From an uncultured Chloroflexia bacterium (GTDB lineage: Bacteria; Chloroflexota; Limnocylindria; Limnocylindrales; CSP1-4), in the NCBI GenBank assembly GCA_963707215.1, contig CAVPPB010000002.1, positions 1 to 64,000 of the forward strand: a stretch of 64,000 bases of DNA. Reading direction: 5' to 3'. Positions 1 through 10,339 of the stretch are shown here, piece by piece. The stretch's first letter is position 1. Every line of letters begins with the position of its first letter. A program made the position numbers and the translations under genes. Below the pieces are notes generated by a model, which saw only the letters and a program-made list of their open reading frames with translations, had not been told where the DNA came from and made no database searches.

Positions 1-349
1 GTCGAGGCCACCGTCGAGGCGCTCATCGTCGACGGGGCTGGCAGGGCCGACCTCGGTGCCCGAACTGCAGACATTCGTCCACGAGAGCTGGCAGCCGCGC
101 GCCGTCGCGACCCGAATGCTTCGGATCGCTGCCGGCAAGGAACCGGCTGCCTGGTGGTGCTCTCCGTCCGCCGCGGTCGGGACCCACGGCTATGGGATGT
201 CGGCAGCGACGCTACAAGCCGGCCTGACCCGGATCGTCGAGGAGGCCGGCCCGGGCAGCCTCCAGCTGACGATGCTCTCGACACCCGGTCGGCGGTTCTG
301 GATCGGATGTCGGGCCGCTCCTCCGCTCTATTCTTGCGCCGATGAGTGA
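1..349 (+). CDS. C-terminal part of a probable glycosyltransferase or polysaccharide-locus protein (partial at window edge)
   Basis: Open frame ending at 349, overlapping the DegT ATG; polysaccharide operon context; no diagnostic motif visible. Confidence 0.35.
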   Translation, partial: SRPPSRRSSSTGLAGPTSVPELQTFVHESWQPRAVATRMLRIAAGKEPAAWWCSPSAAVGTHGYGMSAATLQAGLTRIVEEAGPGSLQLTMLSTPGRRFWIGCRAAPPLYSCADE

Positions 350-1506
350 CGACGTGGCCCCACCGCCGATCCCCATCTCGAAGCCGTGGTTCGGGGCGGC
401 GGAGGAGGCCGCAGTCCGAGGGCCACTCGAGACAGGCTGGGTGATCCAGGGCCCAAAGGTCGAGGCGTTCGGATGGCGTTCGCCGATGGGTGGCTCGCCT
501 CATGCGGTCGCCTGCAGCCCGGCACGGCCGCGCTCCATCTCGCGATGGCAGCACTCGGGGTCGGGCCGGGCGACGAGGTCATCGTCCCGGCGTTCACGTG
601 GGTCGCCACGCCGAATGCCGTCGTGTTCCAATCGGGGACGCCGGTCTTCGTCGACGTCGACCTGGCGACCTTCGACACGACCGCAGAGGCCATCGCCAAT
701 GCGATCGGCCCGAGGACCGTGGGCATCCTTCCCGTCCACCTGTTCGGGCTCATGGCGGAGATGGACCCGATCCTCGAGGTCGCGCGGCAGCGCGGCCTCT
801 GGGTCGTCGAGGACGCGGCCTGCGCCCTCGGGTCGCTCGATCTCGGACGCCATGCCGGGCGGCTCGGCCGGCTCGGTTGCTTCAGCTTCCATCCGCGGAA
901 ATCGATCACGACCGGCGAGGGCGGCTTGCTCGTGACCGAAATGGTGGGCTCGCGGCGCAGCCCCGGTCGCTCCGCGATCACGGCGCGAGCCGAGGCCGCC
1001 CTGGTGACCCTGTCCAGGGAGCGATGCCGACCTTCGACGCTGTCGGCTTCAACATCGACTGACCCACATCCAGGGGGCGCTCGGGGCTGGCACAGCTCGA
1101 TCGGGCGCGAACCATCATCGTCATGCGACGGGCGATCGCGGCGCGCTACGACACTGTCCTGACCGGTCTGCCGTGGCTTGTGACCCCCAAGGTCCCGAAT
1201 GGCCTGGACCACGCTGTCAGTCGTACGTCGTGCGCGTCGTCGACGACCAGCTCGACGTTGCAGCCCGGATGCGAGATGAGGCTCATGGCCACCTCGCCGC
1301 CGCTGGCATCGCAACCCGACCGGGCACCCACGCTCCGGTCCGACTCGGCTACTACCGCCGGCGCTTCGATCTCACGGACGCAGCGTTCCCGAACGCGACG
1401 AACTGCCGATCGGACATCCTTGGCGCTCCCCATCTTTCCCTTGCTCGGTGAGGATGACCAGCGTCGGGTCATCGATGCGATTCGTGCCTGGGGGCCTATC
1501 CGGTGA
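342..1506 (+). CDS. DegT/DnrJ/EryC1/StrS PLP-dependent sugar aminotransferase (several frameshifts)
   Basis: IPISKPWFG...GWVIQGPKVEAF, GTAALHLA, GPGDEVIVPAFTWVAT, VVEDAACALG, SFHPRKSITTGEGG (PLP lysine), C-terminal LALPIFP; spread over ORFs 342, 386, 1173, 1123. Confidence 0.9.
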
Positions 1507-2200
1507 AGCCGGATCCAGGCTTCGCCAAGGGGCGCCGCCTCCTCGATTCGTCGCTTCGCGAGGATATGCGGGAGGCGCTTGGGATCGCGACCTGCCACTC
1601 GAGGAGACGCTGTCGGATGGTTCGGACTTCGCCCGCTCCCTCGGGTTCGGCGACGGCAGTTCGATCTACCGCCTATCGCTCATCTATGGTCGCCCTGACG
1701 CGGCCGGGGCGTCTGGATCGGCCCTTTCACGGTCATCGACGCGAGTGGCGGCCTTGCTATCGGCGACCACTGCACGACGGCGCTGGCGTCCACATCTACA
1801 CGCACGACACCGTGCAGCGAACCCTCTCAGGAGGCCTGGCGGAGCCCGTCCGCTCACCCGTCCGCATCGCGGAGTGCACGTACATCGGCGCATCCACGGT
1901 CGTGGCGAGGGGGGTATCGATCGGCGACCACTGCGTCGTCGGGGCGAATTCCTACGTCAACCGGGAATCCCTCCATACTCGGTGGCCGTGGGCAGCCCCT
2001 GTCGGGTGATAGGCCGTGTCGTCGCCGTGGTGGACGGCTCTTTCCGCCTGGAGTACCGGGCGTCCCTCGGAGCACGATTCCAGACCGGCGTCACCAGGCG
2101 AGTCGTAGTAGCTACGAGTGGGCTTGCCCGAAACGTCCGAGCATCGAAGCTTGGCCGCAATGGAGCCGTGCTGGTTGGGGATCGTCCTGCCAGCCTATGA
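1503..2200 (+). CDS. Hexapeptide-repeat (left-handed beta-helix) acyltransferase, frameshifted; 3' end uncertain
   Basis: GVHIYTHD, PVRIAECTYIGASTVVARGVSIGDHCVVGANSYV, IPPYSVAVGSPCRVIG. Confidence 0.8.
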
Positions 2201-2229
2201 CGAGAAGGCCCGCCTAGGGCCCGGCGCTC
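2160..2229 (+). repeat. Diverged copy of the first ~70 bp of the GT2 gene at 3926
   Basis: ATGGAGCCGTGCTGGTTGGGGATCGTCCTGCCAGCC... vs ATGGAGCCGCGTTCGCTGGGCATCGTCCTGCCCGCG...; MEPCWLGIVLPAYDEKARLG vs MEPRSLGIVLPAYNEEARLG; about 10 substitutions and 1 indel by hand alignment. Confidence 0.85.
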
Positions 2230-3364
2230 TACCTACGTCGCCGCGGCTGGCAACAGCACGACGGACGCCGCATCGTTCTACCCGGCCAACTACCCCGACG
2301 TGATCGCCGTGTCGGCGATCACCGACCTTGACGGGGAGCCGGGCGGTCAAGGTGGTTGTGCGCTCTTCATCCTCTACTGCGACGATCAGCTGGCGTTCTT
2401 CAGCAACTACGGCTCGGTCGTCGACGTGACCGCGCCGGGTGCCCTCGTCTACTCGACCTGGCAAGGCGGCGGCTACCAGAACGCCGACGGGGCGAGCATG
2501 GCATCACCGCACGCCGCCGGCGTCGTTGCCCTGATCCGCGCGGCCAACCCTGCGCCAATCCCGCCGGAGGTGGCCCAGCTCCTCACGAGCTCGGGAGAGT
2601 GCCCGGACGGCACGTGGGCCGACACGGGCGCGACGGGCTGCGCCGGACATGGCCAGTGGGGCGGCGACCCAGACGGCATCGCCGAGCCCCCGGTCAACAC
2701 TCTGCGGGCGGCCGCGATGGCTGGTGGCTGGGAGCCACCTCCGCCCCCGCCACCCCCACCGCAGACCTGCTACGACTACACGATCTCCGGCGGGTCCAAG
2801 CCGTATGCCTCGCCGCCGGCCCAGCCGGGCATCTGCATCCCGACCGACGCCGAGGTCGCGACCATGGGTCACCCGTGGGCCCTGTGGGCGACGATCGACG
2901 TGGCCCAGGCCAATGCCGGCGAGGTCCGCTTCGGCGAGCTGTGCACGGGAGGCGGCGACGGGACCGGCTACGGGATGGCCGTGACACGCAAGGACCCACC
3001 GGATACGACCATCGGCTAGCAGGTCGCCGAAGGCGCCAGCCAGGACGGCACGACCGTCACTTCGCACGGCTACACGATGCGCCAGGTCGGGCTCGAGGTC
3101 ATGCCGGCCGGTTCGGTCTGCTCGCTGCTCGGTGGCTGGTCGACGGTCCAGGCCTGGACCGCCCACGTCTTCCTGACCTGCGACATGGACGGAGGCGGCC
3201 CTGAGCCGAGCGACCCGGTCTACACGGGTCCACAGACGGCGTCGGTGACTGGGGTTCAGAGCCCGGGACGTGCGTGGACCAAGACCAACGTCTTGCACCG
3301 CGACGACGGCGCGCGCCTCACCGTCGCCGACCGACGAGCTCCGAGGCCCGCCCCCGGCGTCTGA
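2230..3364 (+). pseudogene. N-terminally truncated S8 (subtilisin) serine peptidase with an in-frame TAG
   Basis: TYVAAAGNS, YPANYPDVIAVSA, FSNYGSVVDVTAPG, GASMASPHAAG (catalytic Ser motif); catalytic Asp/His region absent; TAG at 3017-3019 with the same frame continuing to 3364. Confidence 0.75.
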
Positions 3365-3402
3365 CGCCGATTTCGTGGCGCGGCGCCCGGACTCGGCTCC
3401 GG

Positions 3403-3819
3403 TCAGGGATCGGCGCTGAGCGTCCCGTCCGTTGCGAGGACCCGGATGCGGCCAGGGCTCGCACGACAGCCGTGGCTGCACCGGCCAGCCGGGCCAAGTG
3501 CCGTGAGGACCGCATGCAGGGAGGAGACCCGCGGTACTGACCGTCGCATAGCGGAGCGCAGCACCTTGCATGGAGGATGGCCAGTGCGACTACTTGCCAG
3601 ATCCCGACGACACGTCAAGCTCGCGCTGGTGATCGCGCTCGCTTCATCCTCCGAGCCGAACAGCAAGCGACTCAGTTGCTTGCTACCGAGGACCAGGATC
3701 GCAGCCCCGAGGACGGCCGCCCCGGTCGCCATGAGGTGGTAGCTGGCAAGAAGGCGGCGACGCGGCCCCGATGCAAGTTCGAAGTACAGGCGGACAAGGT
3801 CGACTTGACCGTGGGACAC
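3403..3819 (-). pseudogene. Remnant resembling a Wzx-type oligosaccharide flippase fragment
   Basis: LVRLYFELASGPRRRLLAS...AAILVLGSKQLSRLLFGSEDEA resembles flippase helices; no full gene present. Confidence 0.4.
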
Positions 3820-3925
3820 ATCTCAAGTGGCAGTGTAGGGACCCGAACTGCCGCTTCACGCTTCGTTGGTAGTACCAACGGGTAGGCTCGACCCGTTGAC
3901 ACCGGGCACCCTACACTGACCGGCC

Positions 3926-4751
3926 ATGGAGCCGCGTTCGCTGGGCATCGTCCTGCCCGCGTACAACGAGGAGGCCCGCCTGGGCCCGGCGCTCGACGAG
4001 CTGTTCGGGTACCTGCGCCGCCGCGGTGAGCGGGCGCGCGACGGTGTCCCCGGCGCGGCCTACCTGCCAGAGCACGTCCGGGTCCTCGTCGTGGACGATG
4101 GCAGCAGCGACGGGACGGCCGACCTCGTCCGGGCGAGGCCGGAGTTCGCCTCCGAGGACGGCGCCGCGGTGACCCTGCGGCTCCTCCAGGTCCCGCACGG
4201 CGGCAAGGGCGCGGCGGTCCGCGCCGGGATGATGGAGGTAGACGCAGACCTGCTCGTCTTCGCCGACGCCGACATGGCGACGCCGCCGGACGAGCTCAGC
4301 CTCCTCGTGGCGGCCCTCCGGGTGGCTGACGTCGCCCTCGGCTCCCGCATCCAGCCGGATGGATCGGACATGCGCCGCAGCCAGCCGCTGTTCCGCCGGT
4401 TCCTCGGCAGGATCTTCCACGCGCTGGCCTCGGCGTGGGTCGTCGGCCCAGTCCAGGACACGCAGTGCGGGTTCAAGGGCTTTCGGCGCGACGTCGCCCG
4501 CGACCTGTTCTCCCAGCAGCAGGTGACCAGCATCGTCTTCGATGTCGAGCTCATCTACCTGGCCCGCCGGCGCGACTACCGGATGGCCGTGGTGCCGATC
4601 CAGTGGTCCGACCGGCGGGGTTCGCGGATGCACCCGGGCGCTGCGACTCGGTGCACAGGTGGCCTGGGACCTCTTCCGGATCCCGTTCCTCCACCGGGGC
4701 GTGCGGCCACTCGCGGCAGCGCGTCCAGCCGTCCCGACCGATGGGGGCTGA
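3926..4751 (+). CDS. GT2 family polyprenyl/dolichyl-phosphate glycosyltransferase (frameshift near 4640)
   Basis: IVLPAYNEEARL, VVDDGSSDGT, GKGAAVRAG, FADADMATP, DTQCGFKGF, FDVELIYLA; C-terminus WDLFRIPFLH in ORF 4542-4751. Confidence 0.9.
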
Positions 4752-5875
4752 GCAGGCCGTCGAACGTAGCGACGCCCCTGCCACGCGGTTCGGCCGCTGG
4801 CTCCCGCCAGTCGCCCTCGCCGTGCTGATCCTCGGCCTCGTCATCGTCCTGGCCGTCGCCGGCGACACCTGGGGCTACGACTTCCAGGCGTACGTGGGGG
4901 CGGCCCAGCGGATCCTCGACGGTGAGCCGCTCTACGACGCGAGCGTCGACGTGGCCGGCGGGTTCGCGATCTACCTGTACCCGCCGCCCTTCGCACTCGC
5001 GTTCGTTCCGTTCGCCCTCCTGCCCGAGCCCGTCGGCCTGTGGGCCTGGACGACCGTCCTCGTCGCCGCCTTCCTGGCCGGGACAGCCACGCCTCCCGGT
5101 CTCGTCCACGACCCGGTGGCTGATCGTCCTGCTCGGCGGGCTGATGTGGCCACTGCTCTACTCGGTCAAGCTCGGCCAGGTCGGCCCGCTGCTCTACCTT
5201 GCCTTCGCGGTCGGTTGGCGGTGGCTCGATGAGCCGGTTCGGCTCGGACTGTCGCTGGCTGTCGGAGCGCTCATCAAGGTCCAGCCGATCCTCCTGCTGG
5301 GCTGGGCCGCCGGACGAGGCGTTGGCGGGCGGTCGGGGTCGCGGTGGCCGCCCTCGTCATCGCCGTGGTCGTCGCGACGGTCCTTCTCGGTGTCGGCGTC
5401 TGGGCCGACTACCTCGAGCTACTGGGCCGGGTCAGCGCGCCGGTCACGACACCGCACAACTTCACGCCCGGGGCGATCGCCTACCAAGCCGGGTCTCGAC
5501 GAGACCGCGGCGACCATCCTCCAGTGGGCCTCGGTGGCGGCGACCGCAGTGGTGACCATCTGGGCATGGTTCCGGGCGCCGGCGGAGGTCTCGCTCATCG
5601 TCACGGTCGTGGCGAGCCAGCTCGTCTCGCCGCTCCTCTGGGACCACTACGCGATGCTGCTGCTCCTGCCGGTCGCCTGGCTCCTGGAGCGGCGGCAATG
5701 GTGGGCGGCGATCGTTCCGCTGGCTCTCGCTTGGCCGGTCGTCGGGATCACGCCGGCGGTCGCCTACCCGGTGGCGTTCTGGGTGCTGCTCGTCGCGCCG
5801 CTGCTCATAGACCGGATGAGCCCGTCGCTGCCCGGACCGTCCTGGACTGCCGGGGCTGTTCCACCCGGCGGTTGA
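4741..5875 (+). CDS. GT87/DUF2029 family membrane glycosyltransferase (frameshifted)
   Basis: GYDFQAYVGAAQRILDGEPLY, YLYPPPFA, LGQVGPLL, IKVQP, SPLLWDHY; multiple TM helices. Confidence 0.85.
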
Positions 5876-5919
5876 GCCCGCAACCACCGGCCGCCGCGCC
5901 CGGTGCTATCCTCCGCCCG

Positions 5920-7174
5920 ATGACCAGCCCCACCTTGAGCGTGGAGCCGGCCTGTCCGGAGTCGATCGACCTCCCGACCAGCGCCCCGTCCGGCTCGCCG
6001 GATGATCGCGCGCCCTCGACCGGCCCGACGGCGGACCCGCCGTCGCTGCGCGCCGTCCGCCGACCACTCGACCTGATCGACCCGGCAGCCTGGGACGCGC
6101 TCGCCGACCGGACCCCCTGGGCGACCCCGTTCAGCCGCTGGGCCTTCCACCGGGCCTGGTGGGACGCCTACGGCGACAACGCCCACGAGCAGACCCTGGT
6201 GGTCGTGCCCGCCGACGCCCCGCCGGACGCTCCCCCGGTCGCGATCGTCCCGCTCATGCACCGCCACGAGGTCGAGCTGAGCGACGCGGTCACCTCGACC
6301 CACATGCGGGCCGATCCGCGCGAGGAGCTGACCCCGGTCTCGCCGCACGCCAAGGCGGTCTTCATGGGCGCCAGCTACCACGCCGACTACGCGACCGTGC
6401 TGTCGGCGCCGGACGACCTCCCGGCCGTGGCGGACGCGGTGGCCGCCTACCTGGCCTCGCCGCCGGCCGATGACGACGAGCACCCGGAGCCCTGGGACGT
6501 CGTGGACCTGCGGCGCCTGCGCTGCGGCGACCCCGCGGCCGACGCCCTGGCGGGCGCCTTCGGGGCGCGCGAGATCGACTGCCGCTGGACGCTCAACGTC
6601 GAGCGCGAGGACGTCTGCCCGGTGGCGCTCCTGCCGTCGGAGGCGACCCTCGACGAGTACCTCTCGACCCTGGGCAAGAAGGTCCGTCACGAGATCCGTC
6701 GCAAGGTCCGCCGGGCGGAGGCGGCCGGCGAGGTCCGCCTGGAGCCATCCGTCGATCCCGCTCGGCGACCTGGAGGCCTTCATCGACCTCCACCAGCGCC
6801 GCTGGGGCGACCTTGGCCTCTTCCCCGACACCGCTGGAGGGGCCCAGAGCCGGGTCTTCTTCCGCCGCCTGTTCGAGGCCTTCGGGCCCGACGGCGCGGC
6901 CCGCCTCTCGTTCCTCACCGTGGGCGGGCGGCGGATCGCGGCCGGCGTCCACTTCGACGACGGCGAGGCGTTCTACTACTACAACGCCGGCGTGGACCCC
7001 GACGCCCGCGAGCTCTCGCCGGGCGTGGTCCTGATCGCCCGCTACGTCGAGCAGGCCCTGGCCCTCGGCCGTCGACGGATGGACTTCCTCCGCGGCGACG
7101 AGTCGTACAAGTACGACTGGGGCGCGGTGGACGAACCGATCCAACGCCTCCTGGTCAGACGAACAGGCAGCTGA
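5920..7174 (+). CDS. GNAT family acetyltransferase (CelD/BcsL-like, Acetyltransf_6), frameshift near 6760
   Basis: WDALADRTPWATPFSRWAFHRAWW, YLSTLGKKVRHEIRRK, YYYNAGVDPDARELSPG, MDFLRGDESYKYDWG. Confidence 0.85.
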
Positions 7175-7175
7175 G

Positions 7176-8378
7176 ATGACGCCACCCCTGCCCGGCGGTC
7201 CCTGCTCCGTCCCGCCCATGCGCCTGGAGCTGCCCGGCGACCAGCGCGTCCGGGTCGTCGAGCTGCTGGCGACCGGCACCAACGGCGGCGCCCAGGAGCA
7301 CCTCTTCAACCTGGTCAGCCGGATGGACCGCGATCGCTACGACGTGCGTGTCGTCTCACTCTCGCCCGGGCCGGGAGCTCGCAAGATCGAGCAGGCCGGG
7401 ATCCCGGTCCACGTCATCCACGAGCACGACGATGCCGCTGCCGTCCACGAGCTGGCGGACCTCCTGGCGGATGCCCGCCCTGACGTCCTCCACGCCCACA
7501 TGTACCGGGCGGAGATCGTGGGGACGCGGGCCGCCCTCGCGCTGGCCGCCAGCGGCATGCCTCGGCCGTACCTCGTCTCGACGGTCCACTCGTCGCGGGT
7601 CCGCAGCGTCGAGGACCGCGAGGAGGTCTGCCGGCTGACCCCGCACATGGACCGCCTCATCGCCGTGTCGCAGGCGATCGTCGAGAAGATCGAGGACGAG
7701 GGCCGCATCGGGCCCCCGGTGGACCTCATCTACAACGGCGTCGACCTCCAGCGCTACGACCACCAGGAGCCCTGCTGCACGCTCCGCGAGGAGTACGGGC
7801 TGCCGGCCGACGCCCAGCTCGTCGGGGTCGTCGCTCGCCTGGAGGCCGAGAAGGGGCACGCCACCCTGCTCGAGGCTTGGCCGGCCGTCGCCGAGGCGGT
7901 TCCGAACGCCTATCTGCTCGTCGTCGGGGAGGGCTCCCGTCACGAGGAGCTCGTCGCCCAGGCGGCCGAGCTCGGCATCACCGGCCGGGTCGTCTTCACC
8001 GGCCGTCGCGACGACATGCCGGCGGTCACCGCGGCGCTGGACGTGGCCGTGTTGCCCTCCTACCGAGAGGCCCAGGGGCTGACGATCCTCGAGGCGATGG
8101 CTTTGTCCCGGCCCGTCGTCGCCTCCGCGGTCGGTGGCATCCCCGAGATGATCGAGGACGGTGTCTCCGGGCTGCTCGTCCCACCCCACCACGCGGACGC
8201 CCTGGCAGCGGCCATCACCCGGCTGCTCGTCGACCACCCGTACGCGGACGTCCTCGCCCGCAATGCCCACGACATGGTCCACGATCGCTTCTGCGTCGAG
8301 CTGATGGTCCACGCGATCGAGGCGATCTACGACGAGGGCGCGACCTCGGTCCGTACAGCGGCGCCGGCGGCGGGCTAG
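7176..8378 (+). CDS. GT4 family glycosyltransferase
   Basis: GGAQEHL, PDVLHAHMY, IYNGVD, VARLEAEKGH, LPSYREAQGLTILEAMALSRPVVASAVGGIPE. Confidence 0.92.
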   Translation: MTPPLPGGPCSVPPMRLELPGDQRVRVVELLATGTNGGAQEHLFNLVSRMDRDRYDVRVVSLSPGPGARKIEQAGIPVHVIHEHDDAAAVHELADLLADARPDVLHAHMYRAEIVGTRAALALAASGMPRPYLVSTVHSSRVRSVEDREEVCRLTPHMDRLIAVSQAIVEKIEDEGRIGPPVDLIYNGVDLQRYDHQEPCCTLREEYGLPADAQLVGVVARLEAEKGHATLLEAWPAVAEAVPNAYLLVVGEGSRHEELVAQAAELGITGRVVFTGRRDDMPAVTAALDVAVLPSYREAQGLTILEAMALSRPVVASAVGGIPEMIEDGVSGLLVPPHHADALAAAITRLLVDHPYADVLARNAHDMVHDRFCVELMVHAIEAIYDEGATSVRTAAPAAG

Positions 8379-8433
8379 ACAGGGCGGAATCGGCACCAAT
8401 CGATGCGGGTCGTAGTCGTACCATCGGGCCGGC

Positions 8434-8906
8434 ATGACGACTGCGACCCCGACCACTGAACCGCCGGATCGCCGGATCGCCGCTCGGAGCGTCGCGACGC
8501 TGGCGCTCCTCGGCCTTGCCGGTGCGCTCTTGGTGGCCTCGTACATCGCGTACCTCGATCGCGGGCTGGTGCCCGGCGATGCCTTCACCTACCTGGCCGC
8601 CGGGGAGCTCCTGAACGCGGGTCACGATCCTGTACGCGCTGGGACCGGGCGATCGGCCGGTGGACCTGCACCCGCCGTACCGGACGGTGCCGCTCCTGAC
8701 GCCGCCGTTCATCGCCGTCGATCTGGCGACCCCTGGCGGTCCTGCCGTCCGACGTCGGGGTCTACCTCTGGTGGCTCGGCTCCGTCGCCGCCATCCTCGG
8801 CGTGCTGGTCGCGCTGGCACGTCGTCGTCCGGCGACCACCGCGCTCGCCGCGCTGGTCCTCGCCATCCCGATCACGTACGAGCTAGACGGTGGGCAATGT
8901 CAGCGG
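8434..8906 (+). pseudogene. Truncated GT87/DUF2029 paralogue
   Basis: DAFTYLAAGELLNAGH, PPYRTVPLLTPPFIAV; homology ends at GNVSGY where it meets the stop of the convergent paralogue. Confidence 0.7.
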
Positions 8907-9974
8907 CTACGAGGTCGTGCGCGGTCGGTCGCGAGCGCTAGGGGCCATCGCCGGCGGCGCGAGCTGAAGCGCCTCCTCCCGACGCGGCGGCCACATCAGC
9001 GGCGCCAGGGCCGCGAGCATCAGGACCAGCCAGTCCAGGTTGACGACCGGCGAGGCCCAGACCATCAGCAGCACGGCGAGCGAGAACGTGAGCCCGGGAC
9101 GGGCCCGCTGCCAGGCCATGACCGCCACCCCGACCGCGAGCAGTGCCCATGGCGCGAAGCGAGCGACCTCTCCCGGGACACCGACGCCGCGGAGGAAGCC
9201 GGCCAGGCTCAGCTCGGAGGTGCCGATCGCGTTGGTGTCGCGGATGACGTCGAGGTAGGCGAGATGGTTGTCCCAGCCTGCTCCCAGGAGACTCGACCCC
9301 GCCACGACGACGGCGGTCACGGCGAACGCCTTCACGGATCCCCACCGTCGCTGGGTCAGCAGCCAGATGAAGAGGACGGCCGGCGTCAGCTTCAGGCCGG
9401 TGGCCACGGCGACGATGACGCCGGCCTCCAGGTCCCGGCGCTCGCGGAAGAACCACCAGGTTGCCACCGCCGCCAGGAGGAGGTACCCGTTGACGTTGCC
9501 GGTCGGGATCTGGAAGGTCAGCGGGATCGAGAAGACGACGATCGCCGCGCTCGCGAGGATCGGCCGCGACCGCAGCATGGCGGCCAGCACGAGACCGATG
9601 GCCACCATCGCGCCGGCCCACCAGATGGCGACCGGGACGGCGAAGCCCATGGCCGCCAGCGGTCGCCAGACGACGGCGATGAAGGGTGGCGAGAGCAGGG
9701 GAACCGTCCAGTACGGCGGCTTCGAACCCAGGATGTAGGTGTCGTCGGGCGAGACCGCGTAGAGCGGGTTGCCGTGGTTCAGGCGATCGCCGGCGGCGAG
9801 GTACGTCAGGGCGTCGGCCGGACCCATGTTGAAGACGAGCATCCCGTAGCCGAGGAGGGTCAGGAGGAGCGCCAGCGATCCCCCGACGGCGAGGACGACG
9901 ACCACTCGGGGTCGCCGGGCGGTCCGCTCGACCGCGGGCGCACCGGCATCGGCCAGCTGGGTCGCCTGCTCCAT
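8907..9974 (-). CDS. GT87/DUF2029 family membrane glycosyltransferase
   Basis: DALTYLAAGDRLNHGNPLY, PLLSPPFIAVVWRPL, GNVNGY, LKLTP; intact multi-TM ORF; TAGGCT -10 8 nt upstream of ATG. Confidence 0.85.
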   Translation of the reverse strand: MEQATQLADAGAPAVERTARRPRVVVVLAVGGSLALLLTLLGYGMLVFNMGPADALTYLAAGDRLNHGNPLYAVSPDDTYILGSKPPYWTVPLLSPPFIAVVWRPLAAMGFAVPVAIWWAGAMVAIGLVLAAMLRSRPILASAAIVVFSIPLTFQIPTGNVNGYLLLAAVATWWFFRERRDLEAGVIVAVATGLKLTPAVLFIWLLTQRRWGSVKAFAVTAVVVAGSSLLGAGWDNHLAYLDVIRDTNAIGTSELSLAGFLRGVGVPGEVARFAPWALLAVGVAVMAWQRARPGLTFSLAVLLMVWASPVVNLDWLVLMLAALAPLMWPPRREEALQLAPPAMAPSARDRPRTTS

Positions 9975-10018
9975 GGGGGACGAGCCTAGCACCGGGCGTC
10001 GGCTCGAGCCGTGGTCGG

Positions 10019-10225
10019 TTAGCCCGTGCCCAGGAGCTGGGCGGCGATGAGCCCGACCGTCATCAGGGCGCCCGAGCCGATGGTGACCGCGCGAACGTAG
10101 CCGTCGAGGCGAGCGGCAGTGCGCGGGATCTGGATCGTCCGCGGGGCCTCGTCCTCCACGTCGGGGCCGACGTGGCGGTGGGGCATGCCGACGACGCTTG
10201 GGCGGACGGTGGTCAGGGTGCTCAC
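10019..10225 (-). CDS. Small hypothetical protein with C-terminal TM helix (68 aa)
   Basis: GTG start, MSTLTTVRPSVVGMP...YVRAVTIGSGALMTVGLIAAQLLGTG; fills an intergenic gap. Confidence 0.5.
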   Translation of the reverse strand: MSTLTTVRPSVVGMPHRHVGPDVEDEAPRTIQIPRTAARLDGYVRAVTIGSGALMTVGLIAAQLLGTG

Positions 10226-10339
10226 GATCCGGAATCGTGGCGCCGATCGGGCGTAACGTCGGCTACCCGGACGGACCGGTACCCATAGGACCATCGGGGG
10301 AGTGGTGCGCGGGCGCACCGGGCCCGTACCATCGGTCGG

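Noticed and set aside
3017-3019. In-frame TAG as pyrrolysine or programmed read-through
   Set aside because: The gene is already truncated; a TGG-to-TAG mutation or sequencing error is simpler and no pyl genes are present
3896-3917. TTGACA...TACACT as a canonical sigma70 promoter
   Set aside because: Spacer is only 10 nt; only the -10 is retained as a leaderless signal
5344-7179. GT87-GNAT fusion ORF
   Set aside because: Frameshift artefact; the GNAT has its own extended -10 and ATG at 5920
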